Below are positions 12,851-22,980 of a stretch of DNA of 64,000 bases, piece after piece; the first letter of the stretch is position 1; every line of letters begins with the position of its first letter. The stretch lies in the NCBI GenBank assembly GCA_030390025.1, contig JASTWF010000035.1:3038001-3102000 (forward strand). The letters are read 5' to 3'. This DNA comes from Squalus acanthias. Lineage: Eukaryota. Position numbers and translations under genes: made by a program. The notes beneath the pieces were generated by a model. The model ran no database searches, was not told where the DNA came from, and saw only the letters and a program-made list of their open reading frames with translations.

Positions 12851-14182
12851 TCATTATCTGAGGAGTTGCGAATGGAACTGAACACTGTGCAGTCATCAGC
12901 GAACATCCCTATTTCTGACCTTATGTTGGAGGGAAGGTCATTGATGAAGCAGCTGAAGATGGTTGGGCCTAGGACACTGCCCTGAGGAACTCCTGCAGTG
13001 ATGTCCTGGGGCTGTGATGAATGACTTCCAACAACCGCAATCCTCTTCCTTTGTGCTAGGTATGACTCCAGCCAGTGGAGAGTTTTCCCCCTGATTCCCA
13101 TTGACTTCAGTTTTACTCGGGCTCCTTGATGCCACACTCAGTCAAATACTGCCTTGATGTCAAGGGCAGTCACTCTCACCTCACCTCTGGAATTCAGCTC
13201 CTTTGTCCATGTTTGGATCAAGGCTGTAATGAGGTCGGGAGCCGAGTGGTCTTGGCGGAACCCAAACTGGGCATCGGTGAGCAGGTTATTGGTGAGTAAG
13301 TGTCGCTTGATAGCACTGTCGACGACACCTTCCATCACTTTGCTGATGATTGAGAGTAGACCGATGGGGCGGTAATTGGCCGGGTCGGATTTGTCCTGCT
13401 TTTTGTGGACAGGACATACCTGGGCAGTTTTCCACATTGTCGGATAGATGCCAGTGTTGTAGCTGTACTGGAACAGCTTGGCTAGAGGCGCGGCTAGTTC
13501 TAGAGCACAAGTCTTCAGCACGATAGCTGGGATGTTGTCGGGGCCCATAGCCTTTGCTGTATCCAGTGCACTCTGCCGTTTCTTGATATCACGTGGAGTG
13601 AATCGAATTGGCTGAAGACTGGCTTCTGTGATGGTGGGGACCTCAGGAGCAGGCCGATATTGATCATCCATTCAGCACTTCTGGCTGAAGATGGTTGCAA
13701 ACACTTCAGCCTTGTTTTTTGCACTCACGTGCTGGGCTCCACCATCATTGAGGATGGGGATATTCATGTATTCATGGAGCCTCCTCCTCCCGTTAGTTGT
13801 TTAATGGTCCACCACCATTCACGACTGGATGTGGCAGGACTGCAGAGCTTTGATCTGATCCGTTGATTGTGGGATCGCTTAGCTCTGTCTATAGCATGCT
13901 GCTTCCGCTTTTTAGCATGCATGTAGTCCTGTGTTACAGCTTCCCCAGGTTGGCACCTCAGCCTGGTGCTGCTCCTGCCATGCTCTTCTACACTCTTTAT
14001 TGAACCAGGGTTGGTCCTCTGGCTTGATGGCAATGGTAGAGTGAGGGATATGCCGGGCCATGAAGTTACAGATTGTGGTGGAATACAATTCTGCTGCTGC
14101 TAATGGCCCACAACGCCTCATGGAGGCCCAGTTTTGAGCTGCTAGATCTGTCCTGAATCTCTCCCACTTAGCACAGTGGTAA

Positions 14183-17100
14183 ACATAGAAACATAGAAGG
14201 TAGGAACAGGAGTAGGCCATTCGGCCCCTCGAGCCTGCTCCGCCATTCGATGAGATCATGGCTGATCATCCAAACTCAGTACCCTGTACCTGCCTTCTCC
14301 CCATATCCCTTGATACCTTTATCTTGAAGAAATATATCTAACTCATTCTTCAATATATTTAATGACTTGGCCTCAACTACCTTCTGTGGTAGAGAATTCC
14401 ACAGGTTCACCACTCTCTGGGTGAAGAAATTCTTCCTCATTTCTGTCCTAAATGGCTTACCCCTTATCCTTAGATTATGATGCGGAGATGCCGGTGTTGG
14501 ACTGGGGTGGACAAAAATGAGAAGTCGCACAACACCAGGTTATAGTCCAACAGTTTTATTTGAAATCACAAGCTTTCGGAGCTGTTGCTCCTTCGTCGGG
14601 TGAAGTAAAGAGATACAGAATCGCCAAAGCATATATAGATAGAGAACAATGCATGTGTACCTTACAATGGTAGATGACTAAATTTAATCATCCTGACTGT
14701 TTATCTGCCGAGCTGTGACAAAAGGCAATCAGGTCAGCCAGGAAGGTCCCACATCAAAGACATAGCAAGATACAACTGAGACAATGAGGTGGAGTTACAG
14801 GGGGTCTAACGTGTCAAAAGCTGCAGTCAGTATGTAAAACGATAAACTGTAAAATTTTTACTTTTTTACTGGGAATCACATCTGTGATTATGACTCCTGG
14901 TTCTGGACTCTCCGACCATCGGGAACATTCTTCCTACATCTAGTTTATCCAGACCTGTCAGAATTTTATATGTTTTGATGACATCCCCTCTCATTCTTCT
15001 ATACTCCAACGAGTATAATCCCAATCGACCCAATCTCTCATATGTCATTCCTGCCATCCCAGGTATCAGCCTTGTGAATCTTCGCTGAACTCCTTCCATG
15101 GCAAGAACATCCTTCCTCAGATAAGGCGACCAAAACTGCACACAGTACTCAAGGTATGGTCTCACCAAGGCCCTGTACAACTGCAGCAGGACATCCCTGT
15201 TCCTATACTCAAACCCTTTCGCTATGAAGGCCAACATACCATTTGCCTTCTTCACCGCCTGCTGCACCTGCATGCTTACCTTCAGCGACTGGTGCACAAG
15301 GACACCCAGATCTCGTTGCACTTCCCCTTCTCCCAATCTAATGCCATTCAGATAATAGTCTGCCTTTCTGTTTTTGACACCAAAGTGGATAACCTCGCAT
15401 TTATCCACGTTATATTGCATCTGCCACGCTTCTGCCCACTCACCCAACCTGTCCAAATCATCCTGGAGTTTCTCGGTATCCTCCTCGCAGCACAGACGCC
15501 CACCCAGCTTTGTGTCATCTGCATTTAGTTCCCTTATCTAGATCATTAATGTATATTGTGAATAGCTGGGGTCCAAGGACCGATCCCTGCGGTACCCCAC
15601 TAGTCACTGCCTGCCACTCGGAAAAAGACCCATTAATTCCTACTCTCTGCTTTCTGTCCGCCAACCAGTTCTCTATCCAAGTCAATACCTTGCCCGCAAT
15701 CCCATGTGCCTTAACTTTACATGCTAATCTCTTATGCGGGACCTTATCGAAAGCCTTTTGAAAGTCCAAATACACCACATCTACTGGTTCTCCCTTATCT
15801 ATTTTCAAAGTTACATCCTCAAAAAATTCCAGTAGATTAGTTAAGCACAGTTTACCTTTTGTAAATCCATGTTGACTTTGTCCGATCCTGTCACTGTTTT
15901 TCAAGTGCTCAGCTATTACATCCTTTATAATGGACTCTAGCATTTTCCCCACTACCGATGTCAGGCTTACCGGTCTGTAATTCCCCGCTTTCTCTCTACT
16001 ACCCTTTTTGAATAGTGGGGTAACATTAGCTACCCTCCAATCCATGGGTACAGTTCCAGATTCCATCAAATGTTGGAAGATGATCAGCAATGCATCTACT
16101 ATTTCTAGGGCCACTTCCTTAAGTACCCTAGGATGTAGATTATCAGGCCTTGGGGATTTATCGGCCTTCAATCCCTTCAATTTCCCTAACACCATTTCCC
16201 TACAAATACTGATTTCTTTCAGTTCCTCCCTTTCATCAGACCCTATGTTCTCCAACATCTCTGGGAGATTATTTGTGTCCTCCTTTGTGAAGACAGAACC
16301 AAAATATGCATTTAATTGGTCTGCCATTTCTTTGTTCCCCATTATAACTTCCCCCGCTTCTGACTGCAAGGGACCTACACTTGATTTCACTAATCTTTTT
16401 CTCTTCACATATCTATAAAAGCTCTTGCAGTCAGTTTTTATGTTCCCTGCAAGCTTACTTTCATATTCTATTTTCCCCTTCTTAATTAATCCCTTTGTCC
16501 TCCTTTGTTGAATCCTAAACTGCTCCCAATCCTCAGGGTTACCGCTTTTACTGGCCAATTTATATGCCCTCTCCTTGGATCTTATGCTATCCCTAATTTC
16601 CCTTGTTAGCCACATTTGAGTCACCCTTTTTGTTTTATTCTTATGCCACACTGGGATGAACAAATTCTGTAGTTCATCCATGCAGTCTTTGAATGTTTGC
16701 CATTGCCTATCCACCGTCAACCCTTTGAGTGACATTCCCCAATCAGTCCTACCCAATTCGTGCCTCATACCATCGTAGTTTCCTTTATTTAAATTCAGGA
16801 CCCTAGTCTCTGATTCAACTACTTCACTCTCCATCCTAATGAAGAATTCTATCATATTATGATCACTCTGACCCAAGGGGCCTCGTACAACAAGATTGCT
16901 AATTAATCCTTTCTCGTTACATAATACCCAATCTAAGATGGCCTGATCTCTGGTTGGTTCCTCGACATATTGTTCCAGAAAACCATCCCGTAAACATTCT
17001 AGAAATTCCTCCTCCACAGTATTTTTACTAATTTGGTTAGCCCAATCTATATGTAGATTAAGGTCACCCATGATGACTGCTGTGCCCTTACTGCATGCTT

Positions 17101-17690
17101 CTCTAATTTCCCTTTTAATGCCGTCCCCAACCTCCGTATTACTGTTTGGAGGTCTATATACCACTCCCACTAACGTTTTCTGCCCCTTGTTATTTCTCAG
17201 TTCTACCCATACAGATTCCGCATCATCAGAGCTAATATCCTTCCTTTTAATTGTATTAATCCCCTCTTTAACCAGCAATGCTACCCCACCTCCCTTTCTT
17301 TTTTGCCTATCTTTCCTAAATATTGAATACCCCTGGATGTTGAATTCCCAGCCTTGGCCACCCTGGAGCCATGTTTCTGTAATCCCAATCAAATCGTATT
17401 CATTTACCTCTATTTGCGCAGCTAATTCATCCACCTTGTTCCGAATGCTCCTTGCATTAAGACACAAAGCCTTCAGGCTTGTTTTTTTAACGCTCTCAGA
17501 CCTATATGAATTATTATTTACTGTGACCATGTTTGATTTAAACCGTTGAGTTCTTTGTCTTCTACTTTTGTTTTTCTCCTTCCTGTCTTTTGCTTTTATC
17601 CTTGTTTCCCTTTCCTCTGTCTCCCTGCTCAGCTTCCCAACCCCCTGCCACTTTAGTTTAAGCCCTCCCCAACAGCACTAGCAAACACTC
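14183..17690 (-). mobile_element. CR1 LINE with nearly complete ORF2, nested in the tRNA-headed LINE
   Basis: ORF 15515-17530 (APE LCLNARS, GDLN, SDHN; RT) and 14866-15456; small frameshifting deletion near 15520. Confidence 0.95.
14481..14885 (-). mobile_element. Penelope-like element 3' fragment nested in CR1
   Basis: TSD gattatga (14473-14480 / 14886-14893); variant hammerhead UCAC-CCGACGA-A-GGAGC..GCUCC-GAAAGCUU-GUGA at ~14566-14604. Confidence 0.8.
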
Positions 17691-18323
17691 CCCACACAAC
17701 ACGATGGAGGGTGTCCTCAGTGTGAAGACGGGACTTTGTCTCCACAATGACTGAGCGGTGGTCACTGCTACCAATGCTGTCATGGACAGATGCATCTACG
17801 ACAGGTAGACTGGTGAGGACGAGGTCAAGTAGGTTTTTCCCTCGTGTTGGTTCTCTCACCTCCTGTCACAGGCCCAGTCTGGCAGTTATGTTCTTCAGGA
17901 CTCGGCCAGCTTGGTGAGTTTTGGTGCTACCGAATCACTCTTGGTGATGGACATTGAAGTCCCCCACCCAGAGACTTCATGGGATCCGGAGTCAATGTTG
18001 AGGACTCCCAGGGCCACTCCTTCCCGACTGTATACCACTGTGCCGCCACCCCTGGTGGGTCTGTCCTGCTGGTGGGACAGGACATACCCAGGGATGGTGA
18101 TGGAGGAGTTTCAGACATTGGCTGAAAGGTATGATTCTGTGAGTATGACTATGTCAGGCTGTTGCTTGACTAGTCTGTGGGACAGCTCTCCCAATTTTGA
18201 CACAAGTCCCCAGATGTTGGTGAGGAGGACTTTGCAGGGTTGACTGGGCTGGGTGTGTCGTTGTCGTGTCCGTAGCCAGTGCTGAGGTCGATGCCGGGTG
18301 GTCCGTCCGGTTTCATTCTTATT

Positions 18324-19066
18324 GGCCCAAAAATTAGTCCCGCTACGCGAGAGTACGCGCTGCATACTCTCGCGTATTCTGTCTCCAATTGCCGGTTTTC
18401 TGCATGCACTGCGCATGCGCTGAAAACCGGCACTTGGTTTTTGGAAAAGGGGGCGGGTCCTAGGTGCACCGCGTGCGCGCTACAGGCTGCGCGCACGCTG
18501 TGCACTTAGTGGTTTCAACGCGCAGGTAAGTACGGAAGATTCTAGACATAAAAAAAGGAGGAGTAAGACCCACTTTTAACAAGGTAAGTAGTGAATTAAG
18601 TATTATTTTGAATTTTTTTTAACAGGTATATCTTTTTTAGAGACTTTAAAGACAGGTAAGTTTATTTTTATAACAATTTAAAAGATTTTAAATTTTTTCA
18701 AAATTTAATTTTTTATTTAAAATGGTTAATTTATTTAACTATACTTATTTTATTAATGTGATGGTTTTTTTTTAAAATTTAATTGAGGTTTAGCGGTTCT
18801 TTTGGGGGGCTATAGTATTCATAACTTTCACAGCACTTATGTGAAAGTTATGAATGGAAGATGGTGTGCTGCCATTGGCTCTAACTGAGTCACGTGATCC
18901 CACAGCTCGCACGAATTAACTACGCCGGTGGGATACGCAAGCCCAGCACAGCAGCTGTCCAGAACATCAAGTTCGTGCGAGCTGGAACTGAAAAAGCCAA
19001 CGCGGAGTGAGAGATCGCGGGGAGGCCTTACCCTCGCACAAAGGCTTCCTCACGAATTTTTGGGCC
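18324..19066. mobile_element. Harbinger-type MITE
   Basis: TIR ggcccaaaaatt / aatttttgggcc; flanks att / aat; GC-rich arms with an AT-rich core; interrupts the LINE 5' UTR. Confidence 0.8.
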
Positions 19067-19414
19067 AATGTATCGTAGCGGTTAGTTACAACTGAGTGTC
19101 TCGCTCGGCCATTTCTGAGGGCAGTTAAGAGTCAACCACATTGCTGTGGGTCTAGAGTCACATATTGGCCCAGACCAGGTAAGGACGGCAGATTTCCTTC
19201 CCTGAAGGACATTAGTGAACCAGATTGCTTTTTACGACAATTCGATAGTTTCATGGTTAGCATTACTGATACTAGCTTTTTATTCCAGATTTATTTAATT
19301 AACTGAATTTAAATTCCCCAGCTGCCGTGGTGGAATTTGAACTCACGTCTCTGGATCATTAGTCCAGGCCTCTGGATTACTAGCCCAGTGACATCACCAA
19401 TTTAAATTTTAAAG

Positions 19415-19492
19415 GGAACGAACTACATGAGGACGAACGCAATGCTGGAGATGAGGCAACTAAACCGGCACTCCTTCTGGGAACAGGCAGAG
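19415..19492 (+). CDS. Drebrin-family exon C (GTNYMRTNAMLEMRQLNRHSFWEQAE)
   Basis: ttttaaag|GGA...GAG|gtacac, 78 nt; colinear with drebrin GTTYQKTDAAVEMKRINREQFWEQAK (26 aa). Confidence 0.92.
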
Positions 19493-19505
19493 GTACACAC
19501 AGCAC

Positions 19506-20320
19506 GTGGGGGTGGGGGGTCTTTGTGGGGGTGGGTTTGGGTGTGGGGGTCTGTGTGGGGGTGGGGTTTGGGGGTGGGGGGTCTGTGTGTGGGGTGGGGT
19601 TTGGGGGTTAGGGTTAGGGTGGGGTTTGGGGGTGGGGGGGTCTGTTTGGGGGTGGGGGTGGGGTTTGGGTTGGGGGTGGGGTTTGGGGGTGGGGGTGGGG
19701 TTTGGGGGTAGGGTTGGGGGGTGGGGGTCTATGTGGGGGGTGGGGTTTGGGGGTGGGGGTGGGGTTTGGGGGTGGGGGTCTGTGTGGGGTTTGGGGGTGG
19801 GGGGTGGGGGTCTGTGTGGGGGTGGGGTTTGGGTTTGGGTTGGGGGTGGGGTTTGGGGGTAGGGTTGGGGGGTGGGGGTCTATGTGGGGGGTGGGGGGTG
19901 GGGTTTGGGGGTGGGGGGTGGGGTTTGGGGGTGGGGGGTGGGGTTTTGCGGTGGGGGTCTGTGTGGGGGGTGGGGTTTGGGTGTGGGGGGTGGGGGTCTG
20001 TGTGGGGGTGGGGTTTGGGGGTGGGGGTCTGTGTGGGGGTGGGGTTTGGGGGTGGGGGTCTGTGTGGGGGGGTGGGGTTTGCGTGTGGGGGGTGGGGGTC
20101 TGTGTGGGGGTGGGGTTTGGGGGTGGGGGTCTGTGTGGGGGTGGGGTTTGGGGGTGGGGATCTGTGTGGGGGTGGGGGTGGGGTTTGGGGGTGGGGGGTG
20201 GGGGTCTGTGTGGGGGTGGGGTTTGGGGGTGGGGGGTGGGGGTCTGTGTGGGGGTGGGGTTTGGGGGTGGTGGTCTGGGTGGGGGTGGGGTTTGGGGGTG
20301 GGGGTCTGGGTGTGGGGTGG
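19506..20320 (+). repeat. G-run tract (GGGGT/GGGGTTT) filling intron C-D; strong G-quadruplex potential
   Basis: Continuous G4-G7 runs. Confidence 0.95.
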
Positions 20321-20359
20321 ATCTGTGATTAACGAGCATTTGTTCTGTTTACTATCCAG

Positions 20360-20511
20360 ATGGAAGAGGAGATGAGGAAAGAGGAGGAAAGGGCGAGGGT
20401 GAGGGAGGAGAGACGGAGATGGGAGAGAGAACGAATGCAACAAGAAAGAAAAGATGCTGAAGGAAGAGAGAGTAAATACCGAGAGAGGGAACAGCTCGCC
20501 GAGGAAGAGCG
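20360..20511 (+). CDS. Drebrin-family exon D (charged coiled coil MEEEMRKEEERARV...KYREREQLAEEE)
   Basis: tccag|ATG...CG|gtaaga, 152 nt, phase 0-2; resembles drebrin KEEELRKEEERKK...RYREREQQIEEHR. Confidence 0.92.
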
Positions 20512-20552
20512 GTAAGAGGAGCTGAGGCAAGCAACAGGTTCGTGGGATCAGG

Positions 20553-20936
20553 CACAGGAACAGGAGGAGGCCATTCAGCCCCTCGAGTCTGTTACACAGG
20601 AACAGGAGGAGGCCATTCAGCCCCTCGAGTCTGTTACACAGGAACAGGAGGAGGCCGTTCAGCCCCTCGAGTCTGTTACACAGGAACAGGAGGAGGCCAT
20701 TCAGCCCCTCGAGTCTGTTACACAGGAACAGGAGGAGGCCATTCAGCCCCTCGAGTCTGTTACACAGGAACAGGAGGAGACCATTCAGCCCCTCGAGCCT
20801 GTTACACAGGAACAGGAGGAGGACATTCAGCACCTCGAGTCTGTTACACAGGAACAGGAGGAGACCATTCAGCCCCTCGAGCCTGTTACACAGGAACAGG
20901 AGGAGGACATTCAGCCCCTCGAGCCTGTTTCACAGG
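20553..20936. repeat. Second array of the 42-bp CR1-3'UTR minisatellite (~9 units)
   Basis: Same unit and orientation as 1-2138. Confidence 0.95.
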
Positions 20937-20944
20937 TAAAGCAT

Positions 20945-22560
20945 AGGAACTTTCAAAAGGCAGTTGGATATGTACTTGAAGAGGAGTAATTTTCATGGCT
21001 ATGGGGAAAGAGCTGGGGAATGGGACTAATTGGAGAGCTCTTTCAAAGAGCCGGCACAAGCACGATGGGCCAAATGGCCTCCTTCTGTGCTGTAAGAGTC
21101 AATGATTTTAATACCCTCCCCCATCAAAAATCTCTCAATCTCAGTTTAGAAATTTTCAATTGATCCTCACTCAACAGCTTTTTGGGGGAGAGAGTTCCAG
21201 ATTTCCACCACCCTTTGTGTGAAGAAGTGCTTCCTGACATCACCCCTGAACGGCCTGGCTCTAATTTTAAGGTGATGCCCCTTGTTCTGGACTCCCCCCA
21301 TCAACCCTATCAACTCCTTTAATCATCTTAAACACCTCGATCAGATCACCCCTTAATCTTCTACATTCACGGGAATACAAGCCTAGTCTGTGCATTCTGG
21401 TGAATCTGCGCTGCCCCCCCTCCAAGGCCAATCTATCCTTCCTGAGGTGCGGGGCCCAGACGGAACACAGTGTCCAGATGGGGTCTGACCAGAGCTCTGT
21501 ACAGCTGGAACAGAACTTCCACCCCTTTGTATTCCAGACCCCTGAGATAAAGGCCAACATTCCATCAGCTTTTTGAATTATTTTTGTTCCTGTCCTCTAG
21601 CTTTTAGTGATTTCTGTACTTGGAGCCTGAAATTTCTCGGCACCTCCACTGTTCCCAGCTTCTCACCATGGAGAGAATACTCGGATCCATCTTTCTTGGG
21701 TCCACAGTGAGTGACCTCACACCTCCCCACATTGAACTCCATCTGCCAGAGTTTTACCCACTCACAATCTCTCAATGTCCCTTTCCAACTTTCTGCTCCC
21801 ATCTCCACTATTTACTGTGCTTCCTAACTTAGTGTCGTCAGCAAACTCTGATATACGGCTCTCTATTCATTCATCCTAGTCATTTATAAATATAGTGAAC
21901 AGCTGAGGCCCCAGTACAGATCCCTAAGGGGTCGGCCATTTAGGACTGAGATGAGGAGGAATTTCTTCACTCAGAGGGTGGTGAATCTTTGGAATTCTCT
22001 GCCCTAGAGGGCTGTGGATGCTGGGTCTTTGAGTATATTCAAGGCTGCGATAGATAGATTTTTGGGGAATCAAGGGATATGGGGATAGTGCAGGAAAGTG
22101 GAGTTGAGGTCAAAGATCAGCCATGATCTTATTGAATGGCGGAGCAGGCTCGAAGGGCCGTATGGCCGACTCCTGCTCCGATTTCTTATGTTATGTTCTG
22201 AGGCCCCAGTACAGTTCCCTGGGACTACTAGTCACATCCTGCCAATTTCAGTGCATACCCATTATCCCTGCTCTCTGTCTCCTCCCTCCTCACCAAATCC
22301 CTACCCATGTCAATAGGTTGCCTCTTATTCCAGGTGCTCTCACTTTTGTTAACATGTGGAGCCTTGTCGAATGCCTTCTGGAAGTCCATATAAGTAACAT
22401 CCATAGACATTCCCTTATCTACCACGTTAGTTGCCTCCTCAAAAAATTCAACTAGGTTCATTAGACATGACTTACCCTTTAGAAAGCCATGCTGTCTCTC
22501 TCTGATCAGCTCATATTGTCCAATTGCCCAGTCACTCTGTCCCTAATAACAGATTCATGT
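20945..22560. mobile_element. Nested old CR1 fragments, with a + strand 3' piece (21926-22197) inside a - strand copy
   Basis: RT remnants; 23-bp TSD ctgaggccccagtacag(a/t)tccct at 21903 and 22198. Confidence 0.85.
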
Positions 22561-22579
22561 GGACAATTGGACCTGATAT

Positions 22580-22980
22580 CGTCTTCTTAGGCAGCCCCCC
22601 CGGAGTCGAGGATGACTTGCTTCCGCTCCAATATTGTGGGTTCTAAGGTGACGAATGAGTTCTATGTGGGATCTACAGACTCTGCACAGGTGGGGCAGGT
22701 AGTGGTTGAAGGGACGAGTGGGTGGAGTGCTTGGTTTGTCATACGCTCCGTCTGTGGTTTGTACTTAGCCTCCGCGTGTGCCCGACGAAGAATGTCAAAA
22801 TCTTCAGCGCCTTCTCGAATGCTTCTCCTCCAATTTGAGCGGTCTTGGGCCAGGGATTCCCAAGAGTCGACGAGGATGTTACATTTTTTCAAGGAGGCTT
22901 TGAGGACGTCCTTGAATCGTTTTCTCTGCCCTCCTGGAAATCGCTTGCCATTACAGAGCTCAGAGTAGAGTGCTTGTTTG
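22580..22980 (-). mobile_element. RTE-clade LINE 3' end
   Basis: KQALYSEL..GKR..GGQRKRFKDVLKASLK...AQDRSNWR...CPTC. Confidence 0.85.

Larger units (their letters stand above)
11780..19398 (-). mobile_element. Near-full-length degenerate EN-RT LINE with a tRNA-like 5' head, interrupted by three insertions
   Basis: APE start KVLLTNIWGL...PDIVILTESYL (~18240); RT NYRPIGLLS, QFGFR, LDIK, GVPQGS, FADD (13671-12851); 3' end at 11780; B box gagttcaaattcc near 19335. Confidence 0.85.

Noticed and set aside
19604..19622. TTAGGG motifs here and gggttag in the 31-bp array
   Set aside because: Too few copies for an interstitial telomere
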